Source: Octopus sinensis (taxonomy: Eukaryota). Taken from it: a DNA stretch of 64,000 nt. The translations under genes and the position numbers were made by a program. Where the stretch lies: positions 75,206,001 through 75,270,000 of the forward strand of contig NC_043006.1 in NCBI RefSeq assembly GCF_006345805.1, in the 5' to 3' direction. Each line of letters opens with the position of its first letter. Positions within the stretch are counted from its first letter, which is position 1. Under the pieces are notes generated by a model. The model saw only the letters and a program-made list of their open reading frames with translations, was not told the DNA's origin and did no database searches. Below are positions 51,233 to 63,296 of this stretch, in pieces.

Positions 51233-51867
51233 TCTATATATATAAAACTGTAGTTGTGTGAGTGTCTGTCCCCTTCGATTTAGATTCCTAACTACTCCCA
51301 CATTTTGTGGTACAGTTTAACCAAATTCGGGTAGCTTATAGTCGTGATTCATATCGAGCCCGTCTGAATATTAGCGCGCGTCTACGATGAGTCTACGATT
51401 TTAAAAATAATTTAACATCATTTTTTATTCCATTTTAATGCATAATTTTTCGTGTGTCGATGGCGGCGGAGTTGGCGTCCACGCTCACACCTGCACCTGT
51501 GGGGAAGGGAGTGTAAGAAATCAACGTCGTAATGCATTGTCAAGGAGACCAGTGTTCTTTTAGAACAACGACTTCATGGCTTGAAGACACCAAAACAGAA
51601 ATGGTTAGAAGCGTCTACATGAGTCTACGATTTAAAAAAAAATTTACCATCGTTTTTTTTTCCATTTTAATGCATTTTTTCGCTATTATATAAGGGAAGT
51701 AACTCTCTAAAAATGTCTACGATGAGTCAACGATTAAAAAAAAATTTACCATCATATTTTTTCCATTTTTAATGCATTTTTTGCTATTTTTTGGCTATAA
51801 CCTCTCTAAAAATGCTTATATAGTTATTTCCCTTACAAACCCGAGCAACGCCGGGCGATACTGCTAG
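51233..51867 (+). mobile_element. non-autonomous Helitron
   Basis: 5' TC(tatatatataaaactg); 3' hairpin cccgagcaacgccggg followed by CTAG; A|T junction. Confidence 0.75.
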
Positions 51868-51883
51868 TATTATATATAATATC

Positions 51884-51918
<35 letters not shown>

Positions 51919-51924
51919 TATATA

Positions 51925-51960
<36 letters not shown>

Positions 51961-52001
51961 TGTATGTATGTATGTATGTATGTATGTATGTATTTATATA
52001 A

Positions 52002-52398
52002 AGCGGCGAGAAGGCAGAAACGTTAGCACGCCGGGCGAAATGCTTAGGGGTATTTTGTCTGCTGCTACGTTCTGAGTTCAAATTCAGCCGAGGTCGACTT
52101 TGCCTTTCATCCTTTGGGGGTCGATTAAATAAGTACCAGTTATGCACTGGAGTCGATGTAATCGACTTAATTCGTTTGTCTGTCCTTGTTTGTCCCCTCT
52201 GTGTTTAGCCCCTTGTGGGTAGTAAAGAAATAAGTATTTCGTCTGCCGTTACGTTCTGAGTTCAAATTCCGCCGAGGTCGACTTTGCCTTTCATCCTTTC
52301 GGAGTCGATACATTAAGTACCAGTTGCGTACTGGGTCGATCTAATCGACTGGCCTCCTCCCCCAAAATTTCGGGCCTTTTGCTTAGAGTAGAAAAGTA
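52002..52398 (+). mobile_element. SINE family A dimer
   Basis: Long-tail unit joined at aagaaata|agtatttcgtctg to a short-tail unit. Confidence 0.85.
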
Positions 52399-52683
52399 TG
52401 TATGTATGTAAAGTGATATATTTAAAACTAGTATATTGAATTATGATAAATTATCTACCCTGGGGTTGGTTATTCCACACTAGGTGTTATTAAAAGGTTT
52501 TAAAGAATTTAATCCCGAAATCAAGATATGTATAACATACTCGGTAGCATTCATTCCACGTGAACTCTTGCATTATTCTGAAACTATTTTTTAAAAATAT
52601 ATTGATCTCTTCTGTAGATGATACCATCGGTCTCTGGATTTCTGCCAGAATACAAATTACTACTGATTATGCCTGCAAAGGAT

Positions 52684-52775
52684 AACAATAATAATAACAA
52701 TAACAACAACAACAACAACAACAATAACAATAATAATAATAATAATAATAATAATATAATAATAATGATAATAAC
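52684..52775. repeat. (AAC/AAT)n
   Basis: Direct inspection. Confidence 0.9.
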
Positions 52776-53322
52776 AAACTCAAAAACACTTTTTTTGTTC
52801 TACTTCATCCCTTTCCACCTATGTTTTAAGGTGCGTTTGAATTTAGAAGTCTGATATTTACATATTTGGAAGTGAAATTTTGAATAATTGGTGTTTATTC
52901 TCTCTCGTATTTTGTGATCCCCACCCCCTGTTTACCGACTGTTTAACTATTCTCCAATCATCATCATCATCGTCGTCGTCGTCGTTGTTATTTTTAACAT
53001 TTACTTTTTCTATGCTTACATAAATCGGAAGAAATTAGTTGAGTCAGGTTTTCTCTGGCCGGACGCTCTTCCTTTCGCCAACCCTCGCTTGTTTCCAAAG
53101 CGCGGTAATGTATTCTTTTCCCCATGCTTTTAAATGACCGGATAAGTTTTTCACGGAAGATTGGAAACAATCGACACTGCTTGTATGGCCATTACACGAT
53201 CTCTTGATAAAGAAGCACAACCACGCGCGCACACACACACACACACACACAGCAAGCTTCTTTCAGTTTCCTTTTGCTAGATTCACTCACTAAGTTTTGA
53301 TCAGGCCGAGGATACAGTAGAA

Positions 53323-53507
53323 CAGTGCTCCGCAACCGGTGTGCTACATCACACTGGTGTGCCACGAGACGATGCTAGGTGTGCCGCAGTGTAACCTGAA
53401 TATGATTTTCCCTCTATACTTTTAGTTATATTTTTATTTCAGGTGTGCCGCCGAATTCTGAAAAGAGTATAAGTGTAACGCAAGGGAAAAAAGGTTGCGG
53501 AGCTCTG
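53323..53507. mobile_element. hAT-like MITE inserted in a SINE B (53240-53600, minus strand)
   Basis: TIRs cagtgctccgcaacc / ggttgcggagctctg. Confidence 0.7.
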
Positions 53508-53613
53508 CGGCTGAAGACACTATCTCAGAGTGTTCCGCAGTGGGACTGAAGCCTAAACCCCGTGGTTAGGGAGCGAACTTCTTAACAACATAGCCATCTC
53601 CGTGCCACAGAAT

Positions 53614-53765
53614 CAGTGGTTCCCAACCGGGGTCCGTATGACCCTTTGGGGGGTCTATAAAAGTTTTGTTACCAAAATTTATATGCAATGAATTGATTTA
53701 TACTCCTAAAATACACAAAATATTTTAACAATTTTTCTTACAGTTTCTAATAATATTTAATCATA
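53614..53765 (+). mobile_element. hAT-like MITE, 5' part
   Basis: cagtggttcccaaccggggtcc. Confidence 0.55.
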
Positions 53766-53769
53766 AAAA

Positions 53770-54450
53770 GGCGGCGAGCTCGCACAACGCCGGGAGAAAT
53801 GCTTAGCGGTATTTCGTCTGCCGTTACGTTCTGAGTTCAAATTCCGTCGAGGTCGATTTTGCCTTTCATCCTTTCGGGGTCAATAAATTAAGTACCAGTT
53901 ACGCACTGGGGTCGATGTAATCGACTTAATACCTATGTCTGTCCTTGTTTGTCCCCTCTGAGTGTAGCCCCTTGTGGGAAATAAAGAAATAAGAAACGTT
54001 AGCACTCCGGGCGAAATGCTTAGCGTTATTTCGTCTGCCGTTACGTTCTGAGTTGAAATTCCGCCGAGGTCGACTTTGCCTTTCATCCTTTCGGGATCGA
54101 TTAAATAAGTACCAGTTACGCACTGGGGGTCGATATAATCGACTTAATCCGTTTGTCTGTCCTTGTTTGTCCTCTCTGTGTTTAGCCCCTTGTGGGTAGT
54201 AAAGAAATAGGTATTTCGTCTGTCTTTACGTTCTGTGTTCAAATCCCGCCGAGGTCGACTTTGCCTTTTATCCTTTCGGCGTCAGTAAATTAAGTGCTAG
54301 TTGTGTACTGGCGTTGATGTAATCTGTTTCTTTATTACCCACAAGGGGCTAAACATAGAGGGGACAAACAAGGACAGACAAACTGGCGTTGATGTAATCG
54401 ACTGGTCCCCCTCCCCCAAATTTCGGGCCATGTGCCTAGAGCAGAAAACA
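53770..54450 (+). mobile_element. SINE family A trimer with an inverted tail insertion
   Basis: Three A cores; the inverted tail at ~54324-54383 is flanked by the direct repeat tggcgttgatgtaatc. Confidence 0.8.
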
Positions 54451-55053
54451 ATATACTTTATATTATATAACGGTTACATAACTGAATACCACATACCTAC
54501 AAGTCATTAGTCTTAACAATTAAGTTGCATTATTTTAAAAGTTCCATCCAAGTTGACCTGTAAACCTGTCATAAATATTCGAAATATTTTTCTGGCCCTT
54601 TAAACAGTGGCTTCTTCTGCCCACCCCCAAACACTTTAAACAATAAAGCATTAGCAATACTAATTAGAGGTGGCAAGCTATTTAATGTGTATTTGTTGTT
54701 GTTGTTGTTGGTAGTGGTGGTGATGGTGATAATGATGATTACGACGACGACTTCGACTGACAAGGTACCTGAAATATAAATGACTGTTCATTTTAAATAT
54801 GTAGTTAGTGAATTGGTGGTTGGTGGGTTAGAGAGGGAAGCCATCATCCCCAGCAGCGTCGCCACCACACCACCACTACCCCACCCCCACGCCCCCACTA
54901 CCTCGCCGTCGTCATCTTTCTCTTCAGCATTATTATCGTGGTCGTCGTCATCATCATCATCATCATCATCATCATACTACCATGATTGCCGCCTCCGCTG
55001 TCGTCATCATCATCATCATCATCATCATCATCAATATCTTAATCGTCATCATC

Positions 55054-55085
<32 letters not shown>

Positions 55086-55359
55086 CATCGCCGTTGTCTT
55101 TGCCGCCGCCACAGTTTAGCTGTTGGCATTGCTATTATTTCACGTAACCCACGTCTTTCCTCATCCACACCGCGCACTCTTGCATGACTCGGGGGCTGTC
55201 TGCTGTTTAATCTATTAATTTCTTTTATTAAAATAGCTTTATTTAGAGATGGTAGGACAGAGGGCGACTACGATCTTTGTGAGGACCTCCGACACTAGTG
55301 GAACGGTGGGCGAAGGGAGTAGCGAAGAGGGAAGTTTATCCTCAGATCAATGACCTGAC

Positions 55360-55505
55360 TGCAATGCTTACAACTCTGCTTTAGCATTTAAGGACCGGGT
55401 GGTGGTGGTGTTAAACTGGGTGGCGGGTTACCTCACTGCAATGCTTACAACGCTGCTTTTAAGGACCGGGTGGTGGTGGTGGTGTTAAAATGGGTGGTGG
55501 ATTAC
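55360..55505 (+). repeat. ~75-bp tandem duplication
   Basis: ctgcaatgcttacaac...taaggaccgggtggtggtggtgttaaa.tgggtgg occurs twice. Confidence 0.8.
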
Positions 55506-55529
55506 GTCTACCATGCAGTACTATTCCAT

Positions 55530-55820
55530 GTTGTTTGTTTGTTTGTTTGTTTGTTGAGCGAAGCGGTCTTCGTCCCAGTAGTGGGAGAGGCCCGAAACGT
55601 GGTCCTTTGCTATTCGTAAGACCTGCAGAAGAGAAAGCAGGTCAGCCCCCCGACACCGAGAGCATCGACGGATGGATGAATGCGCATCCAGGCTCAGCGG
55701 TTGCGTAGGAAATCGGGAACAAGAAACAGGAAGAAAGAGTGAGAGAAAGTTGGAGCGAAAGAGTACAACAGGGGTCGCCACCACCCCCTGCCGGAGCCTC
55801 GTGGAGCTTTAGGTGTTGTT
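55530..55820 (-). mobile_element. SINE family D body with tail type 2 ending (AAAC)n
   Basis: Body shared with 63840-63950; different 3' module. Confidence 0.75.
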
Positions 55821-56144
55821 GATGTTGCTCCTTACTCTTAAGCCAACCCCGATCAAACAGACGTGTAATTTCAGTTGCGATCTTCCTATTCTGTTTTGTA
55901 TTTAGGACCATGCAGTCTAATGTGTCCCTCCTTTTCAAAGATTCGAACTGAAATGTTTTAACAGAGATTCGGCTGCCATTTCTGATATACCGAATGACCA
56001 CATATATATCTTGATTTTGTGACGCCTCATCGTTGACATTCAGTATTTTCAGATCCAGTTTAAGCCCCTTATCTCTGACGTTTCTTAAGGTCTTCGCTCT
56101 TCAGTGGTTGTAGAATAAAATTCAAATATCCCTTAAGCCTTTAA

Positions 56145-56448
56145 AGCATTCTTTCCCAAAGTGGGCAGTACTGCTCCACACTAGGTGCGGTGGAAAGATC
56201 CAGGGGGATGGTGGAGTGTCGTGGAAGGAAAATAGAGTGATAATAGGATGGCCAAAAGGGGCAAATGAATGTTGAAACAACAAAATAATGGGTTGATAAG
56301 GTTAAGTTTAATTTGTGAAAAGCAGTTGTTTTGAATTTGCTGCAGAAAGTGGTCTATCTTTGTGGTGGTGAGGTGGGGCGGAGGGCGTTAGGAATGTGAC
56401 CTGGATGCCAAGGGGACGGCAACCGGAAAAGTTTGGTAACCCTTGCTT
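56145..56448. mobile_element. decayed hAT-like MITE
   Basis: ttcccaaagtggg...aaaagtttggtaacccttg termini. Confidence 0.45.
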
Positions 56449-56489
56449 TAAAGGTTTGCTAAAGACCGTTCCTGATCTCTAGGAAGCAT

Positions 56490-56680
56490 ACAGATATTGG
56501 TTTCACATTTTGGCACAAGGCCAGCAATTTTGAGGGCGGGGGATAGTCGATCACATCACCTTCAGTTCTCAACCGGTACTTATTTTATCGAACCCAAAAT
56601 TTGGAAGGTAAATTCGAAGTCAGAAAGTAAGGACGGATGAAATGCCGCTAAACATTTCGTCCGGCGTGCTAACCATTCTA
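56490..56680 (-). mobile_element. SINE family A, short tail
   Basis: ttttggcacaaggccagcaatttt...aaatgccgctaaacatttcgtccggcgtgctaac. Confidence 0.7.
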
Positions 56681-57251
56681 TAGATATTACAGTTTGGGAG
56701 TACAGCAATCATTTGCCGTTAACATCCACAGATTGTTATTTATATATTATCTTTCATTGCTGTGAAACTGGTTTACTGGTAGAACCGTTAAGCGCGAGGG
56801 ACCGAGGCTCTGGCAGCAAAGCTCTTGGCCAGAGTGTCCTGGGATAAAACTCAAAACCTTGTTGTTACTAATCTAACTTGCTCCCCATACAGCCATAGCT
56901 GCATCGACGGAATCTTTGCGGTATTTCTTCAGGCACTTTACGTCCCGAGGTCAAATCTCCGCTGAGGTAAACTTTACCCTTTATCCTTTCGAGATTGATA
57001 TTTAGTTAGCGTTTTCAAGAGTGGCGAGGCGGCAAAATCGTTAGACAGAAGGAAATGGGGCGGGGAAGCCTTGCGTCATTTGTTCTGGTTCTTTACGTTC
57101 TGAGTCCAAATCCTGTCAAAGTCAGCTTTGTCTTTTGTCTCCCTGAGATCAATAAAATAAAGTAACAGGCAAGTACTATAATCAAAGGTATCAACTAACT
57201 CGTTCTTCTCAAAACTGCCGTCCTTTGTGGTAAAATTGTTTGTTCTTTCTC

Positions 57252-57535
57252 GAGCCACGCCTGGCTCATAAGGGCCGGTTTCCCGGTTTCCTTGGCGTAT
57301 AGGTTCCCCACCTGGACGGGACGCCGGTCCGTCGTAGGTGAGTTGCAAGATGCAGGAGGAAAGAGTGAGAGAAAGTTGTGGCGAAAGAGTCAGCAGAAGT
57401 TCGCATTACCTTCTGCCGGAGCCGCGTGGAGCTTAGGTGTTTCGCTCATAAACACACACATCGCCCGGTCTCAGATTCGAACCCGCGATCCTTCGACCGC
57501 GAGTCCGCTGCTCTAACCATTAGGCCATGTGCCTC
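57252..57535 (-). mobile_element. SINE family D head/body with tail type 3 (shared with family E)
   Basis: Minus-strand head ggcacatggcctaatggttagagc...gggttcgaatc; tail cccgtccaggtgg...gaaaccgggaaaccgg also occurs at 63450-63510. Confidence 0.8.
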
Positions 57536-57936
57536 TACTTGTGGTAAAATTAGACACAGTTATTTAGTTGGTGCCAGAAAATTTATTACTTCAAGGTTCC
57601 TACATAAAATTATGATATTCGTTCGTTCGTTTTTCCGTGCTGTCGTCGTGAGTTAGACGAGGTCTTACACCTAGATTCCCTTCCTACTTCTAACGTAAAC
57701 TTATTTTCTAAGAAATGATAATTTTTTTCTTCCATTGGTCTTCGAGAGCGACCGGTTATAATGTGAACGTTCATTCACATATACTTGAAAATACATTCAT
57801 AAACAGAAAAATCCTTGCTCAGAGTGTCCTGGGGTAGAACTCAAAACCTTGTTATTACTAAGCTAACTTCCTCTCTACACAGCCACATCTGTTTCCCTGG
57901 AAGCTTTTAATTTAAGATTTCAACACTTGAGAACGT

Positions 57937-58098
57937 ACATTATTTGCATTGGACGGAGATTTGTCATCTTGTTTGTTGTTAACACACCGTTTCAGCTGAT
58001 ATACCCTCCAGACTTCTTCATGTGTCTTGGGGAAATTTCGAACCTGGGTTCCTAAGGTATTTTTCGATGCTATTACTGTTATTATTGTTAGTGTTCAG
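57937..58098 (-). mobile_element. headless, decayed copy of the hammerhead-SINE
   Basis: Reverse complement of 58258-58420; core mutated (AUGAAGA, GGU). Confidence 0.8.
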
Positions 58099-58186
58099 AT
58101 ATGAGCTGCATATGGGAACCGGTATTAAGGAAGGATAGAAAAATATTAGATTTATAAGCCCTAAAATTCACTCCATAATTGCCCAC

Positions 58187-58445
58187 GGGCATATGATGTA
58201 GTGGTTAAGAGCGCAGACTACTAACCCCACGATTCCGAGTTCGATTCCAAGCAGTGACCTGAACACTAATAATAATAATAACATCGAAAAATACCTTACG
58301 AATGAGAACCCAGGTTCGAAATTTCCCCAAGACACCTGAAGAAGGCTGGAGGGTATATCAGCCGAAACGTTGTGTTAACAACAAACAAGGTGAGGACAAA
58401 TGTCCGTCGAATGTAAATAATTCTTCATCTCTTAAATATAGAACT
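58187..58445 (+). mobile_element. tRNA-headed SINE-like element with a hammerhead-bearing (Penelope-type) tail
   Basis: A box tgatgtagtggttaagagcg, B box gagttcgattcc, (aat)n linker, hammerhead at 58331-58376. Confidence 0.75.
58331..58376 (+). ncRNA. minimal type-I hammerhead ribozyme
   Basis: GACAC-CUGAAGA-A-GGCUG(gaggguauau)CAGCC-GAAAC-GUU/GUGUU: intact core, stem I (5 bp), stem II (5 bp), palindromic AC/GU stem III. Confidence 0.7.
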
Positions 58446-58989
58446 GTACTTCAGAACGTGTTCTTTGTTGGTTTTTTTTTGTTTTTATTTTCATATTGAA
58501 CCAAAGGTTGTCAAATATATATTATTAGCAAAAGGGTTAAATCATATTCAGAAATATGCTATTATTGTCTTTTTTCTCTTTTTTTTTGAGAGGAAGGGAG
58601 GGAAGAGGTGAGTGAGGGGAGAGAGAGAGAGAGGGCTGGGGTATGTAACAAAATTAATGACTTTTACAGAAAATTAGCCAGGACTTGTGAGAATTGTCAG
58701 TGTTAATCAGTGTTAATCAGTTTACGAATATTTGCTTAGAGAATCAAAATGATGGCTTTAAAGTCACACCTCTTGCCAACAATGGAGGTCAGTAGTGTAG
58801 TACAATGTATGTGTGTATATACACATATACATATACACACACATATATGCGCGTGTGTGTATGTATGTATGAATATTACACACACACGAGTAATTACATT
58901 GGTTTTGTTTCTGTCGTCCTATATACACGTCTATAGATCGAGGTTGGTGCAGTCCCACTGGTTACTGGAAGGATAGGATAGGCAGAAGA

Positions 58990-59285
58990 GGAAGGGCGAA
59001 AGGAAGGAAGGAAGGAAGGAGGGAAGGAAGGAAAGGTGGAACAGAGCAGTTGCAGATGGTGGTGCTGGTGGTGATGGGTAGGGGGGGATCGAATGCTTTT
59101 GCAATGAGCCGAGGATTTCTTGAGCTATATATTCATGTTCTTCTGAGTCAAAGTAGTAGGTAAGCGCCCAGGCTGTTAATTTATTATTAATCGAGAAGTT
59201 TGGTTGCAATTTAAGCAGCGTTTTGATTGAACGTGCGTTTGCCATATTAATTACCATCGCCGCCGCCGCCATCATCACCACCACC

Positions 59286-59319
<34 letters not shown>

Positions 59320-59330
59320 ACACCATCACC

Positions 59331-59364
<34 letters not shown>

Positions 59365-59390
59365 TCATCGTCGATATCATCATCATCATC
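58990..59390. repeat. low-complexity (GGAA)n, (GGT)n, (CAC/CAT)n
   Basis: Direct inspection. Confidence 0.85.
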
Positions 59391-59624
59391 ACTGTCGGAT
59401 GGGTAGATTGTATTTACAGCACTTAGGCTTCCTGAGCACTCGCCTATCTTGAGGAGTAACTGGGCCCGTATAGTCTTTGGTAATCCGAAGAGAGAGCTGG
59501 TTTCTAGAACGTGACGTGGTTGCTTGAGTATGTAAGAGTGTGTGTGTGTGTGTGTGCACCCGCCCCCAATTGTTTTGTTCAAGTTACAGGATAAAAGTGA
59601 TTTTTCGAGAATATTTGAGGACAT

Positions 59625-60022
59625 TTTACTCTTTTACTTGTTTCAGTCATTTGACTGTGCCCATGCTGGAGCACCGCCTTTAGTCGAGCAAATCGACCAC
59701 AGTACTTATTATTTGTAAGCCTAGCACTTATTCCATCGGTCTCTTTTGCCGAACCGCTAAGTTACGGGGATGTAAACACACCAGCATCGGTTGTCAAGCG
59801 CTGTTGAGGGACAAACAGAGACACACAAACATATACGCAAACACACACACACATATATATGTATATACGACGGGCTTCTTTCAGTTTCCGTCTACCAAAT
59901 CCACTCACAAGGCTTAGGTCAGCCCGAGGCTCTAGTAGAAGACACTTCGCCAAGGTGCCACACAGTGGGACTGAACCCGGAACCGTGTGGTTTGTAAGCA
60001 AGGTACTTACCACACAGCCACT
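59625..60022 (-). mobile_element. SINE family B
   Basis: Full element on the minus strand. Confidence 0.85.
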
Positions 60023-60744
60023 GGATATTTTAAAATCAATTGAAAAATCTTCATATTTGGTATATTTATGTAACTTTTCACGCTAAATCCGAATTAAGGA
60101 TTCATTTATTCCAGAAAAAAAAGAGAAAAAATAGTAAAATGTTATTAAGGTTTCAAAGTTTGATAATTTTTAGCCAGTCAGGAAACGAGGAATTGGACGT
60201 TAGCATTTTCTGCGTGATCGCTGTCTGTCACAAAATGATTCCCGTCAAAACTTGTAGTAGTGGTTGCGGTGGTAAAAGTGTCATAGTCGCATGCGTACAG
60301 CGTCCTTGTTACTATGGAAATAATCACATATTGGTAATTTACAGTCATGTGTATAATTGTGGATCTCGATTGGCCAAAATTACCCCCAAAATTGCAAACT
60401 TTAAAAGCTGTTATTTTTTTTGTTAATTTATAGGGAAAATGATTTTCATTTTCGTAATTAGCATTTAAAAGTAAATTGTTATACCAAATTGGAAAGCAAT
60501 TGGAACAAAACTGAAAAAATACGAAATCTGTGACAGCAACTGAAAAACTTCAAGCCATCTGTATCATCAACAGATATCTGTATCAAAAATGTCCGCAACG
60601 TACCCACTTTCTTTCCAGGAGATATGACGATATTGCCAAAGCTAAGGATTGTCCTGACGACCATACGAAAGGAGCACCAGAACCAGAATGTATACACATT
60701 TTTAAGAATAAGAAATGCTAGTGGAAAATTTCAATAAAAGATGC

Positions 60745-61430
60745 AGCGCGGGCGAACACAGCATATCTAATATTGGTTACAAAATTTTGACACAGGGATA
60801 GCAATTTTGAGGGTGTGCTGTTGGTGGTGGTAGTGGTGGGAGTTAGTCGATTACATCGATCCCAATGCTCAACTGGTATATATTTTATCGACCTCGAAAA
60901 GATGAAAGGCCAAGTCAACCTAGGCGGTATTTGAACTCAGGACGTAAGGATGAACGAAATGCGGCGAAGCATTTTGCTCGATGTGCTAACGATTCTGCCA
61001 GTTCGCCGCCTTAAGCTTATCTAATATTCGTTTCTACTCTAGGCACAAGGCCCGAAATTTTGGGTGAGGGGGCAATCGATTACATCAACCTGAGTACGCA
61101 ACTGGTACTTAATATATCTACCCCGAAAGGATGAAAGGCAATGTCGACCTCGGCGGAATTTGATCTCAGTACCTAAAGACAGACGGAATACCTATTTCTT
61201 TACTGCTCACAAGGGGCTAAACACAGAGGAGACAAACAAGGACAGACAAACGGATTAAGTCGATTACATCAACCCCAGTGCGCAACTGGTACTTAATTTA
61301 TAGACCCCGAAAGGATGAAAGGCAAAGTCGACCTCGGTGGAATTTGAACTCAGAACGTAACGGCAGCCAAAATACCGCTAAGCATTTCGCCCGGCGTGCT
61401 AACGTTTCTGCCAGCTCGCCGCCTTCAGCT
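60745..61430 (-). mobile_element. cluster of three SINE family A units
   Basis: Three gaaaggc.aagtc.acct.ggcgg.atttga.ctcag cores. Confidence 0.85.
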
Positions 61431-62099
61431 TATCTAATATTGATCTACAGGAGGACAGGCAACAAGCGTAATAGTGTTGTAGAAGTCAATTGCCCAGATC
61501 ATATGAACCTCTCGAATAATGGTGCGTAAAATGAGAGCATAGATGTTGATCTAATGCAGAGGCCGACAGCTCTTTCATCCTATAGCCTAATCTATAGATT
61601 GCAATCTATAGAATCTATGGAGGTTATGTATTGTTAGCAAGCAGTAAAATGATACCATTGCTGGTTGGAGTGGTTGCTGCTGCTCGTAGTTTAGTGTTGT
61701 AGATACATCATATGAGAGAGTGGAAAAAGAACATCTCATTCCGCCGTTCCAATATTCCAACATGCTGGATTTCATTTACCGAACGTCGAAAGAATGCAAA
61801 CCAAAGCTAACTGAGGCAGAATTTGAACTCAGAGCGCTGAGAGCTTGAGCAAATACAAGGCATTTTATCCGTTGCTCTAACGACTTTACCAATTCACGTT
61901 CGTTGACATTTACACAAATAGGTCTGTGTGTATGTGTGTGTGTGTGTGTATCTATATGCGCATATGTATATGTATACACGCACACACACGCTTGCTTGCT
62001 TGCTTGCTTGCACGCATACATATATAAGTAGGGAACATGAGTGTTTCTGAAGAATTAATGTGTGCCTGCATATTTTAGTGTACATATTTATGTACCTGG

Positions 62100-62111
62100 G
62101 TGTTTGTCTGC

Positions 62112-62165
<54 letters not shown>

Positions 62166-62186
62166 GTCTATCTATCTATCTATCTA

Positions 62187-62219
<33 letters not shown>

Positions 62220-62287
62220 ATGTCTGTCTGTCTGTCTGTGTGTCTGTGTGCCTGCCTGCCTGTGTACCTGCCTGCCTGCCTGCCTGC

Positions 62288-62326
<39 letters not shown>

Positions 62327-62990
62327 TCTATCTGTCTATTTTCCTCTCTCTCTCTCTCTCTCTGTATATATAAAATAGAGATATCTATATATGTTCCTGT
62401 TGTGTGCCTTGCACACACACACACACACACACACGCACGCACACACACATATATACACACACACACATACACATATACACACACGCATGCACACGCACAC
62501 ATAATCACTCACATACACACACACTCAAATATTCACACATAGATGTATCACTGAAATAGAATATTGATTCCCAACTGAGCGTGCTCTATATGCCTCACTG
62601 CTGCAGTAGAGCAAGGCCATCAAATATAACTAATTCGACAGACACACTCGTATGTGTCTGTGTGTCTGAATACATACATACATACATCATACATACATAC
62701 ATACATACATACATACATACATACATACATACACACACACATACATACATACATACATGCATACACACATACATACGTACATACATACATACATACATAC
62801 ATACATACATGCATACACACACATACATACATACATACATACATACATACATACATACATACATACATACATACATACATACATACATACATACATGCAT
62901 ACATACATACATACATGCATGCATACATACATACATACATACATACATGCACACACACATGCACACACACATACACACACACACACACAT
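62100..62990. repeat. compound microsatellites (TATC, TGTC, TGCC, CA, CATA)
   Basis: Direct inspection. Confidence 0.95.
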
Positions 62991-62993
62991 ATT

Positions 62994-63296
62994 CAGGGGG
63001 CGGTGAATAAAATGTCGTCTAAATTACGCGAAAATTAATATAATACTGACATCTTATTTTAGCGGATATATTTACCAAAATTACATAATGATATCTTGAA
63101 ACACTAAAGAGTAGATTTATTCCATAAAATCGCCATTGGCTTCAACCACGGTCGCCAGAGAATTTTGGAATCTCCTGCAACTCTTCTGGACGGTCTTCTT
63201 GTTGAAGTTGGTGAATGCTGCCATAATCCTTGCCTTCAGTTTATCTTTGGTGTTACAAGGAGTTTTGTTGGTCTCTCGCTCAAATGCACCCCACAA
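62994..63296 (-). mobile_element. 3' end of a second maT/Tc1-type transposon
   Basis: Minus-strand peptide VWGAFERETNKTPCNTKDKLKARIMAAF...CRRFQNSLATVVEANGDFME*, resembling the C-terminus of the 28.5-kb transposase; truncated by a SINE B tail. Confidence 0.75.

Noticed and set aside
55590-55612. ggcccGAAACgtggtcc in SINE tail 2, sharing gtggtcctttgct with 42269
   Set aside because: There is no CUGANGA upstream, and a 13-bp match could be chance.
56070-56110. Minus-strand CUGAAGA...GAAAC GUC resembling a hammerhead core
   Set aside because: Neither stem I nor stem II pairs.
60600-60720. Exon-like segment (plus acceptor ctttctttccag; minus 50-nt exon with a gtacgt donor)
   Set aside because: The two strands give conflicting models, no homology is recognised, and it lies next to a DNA-transposon-like remnant.
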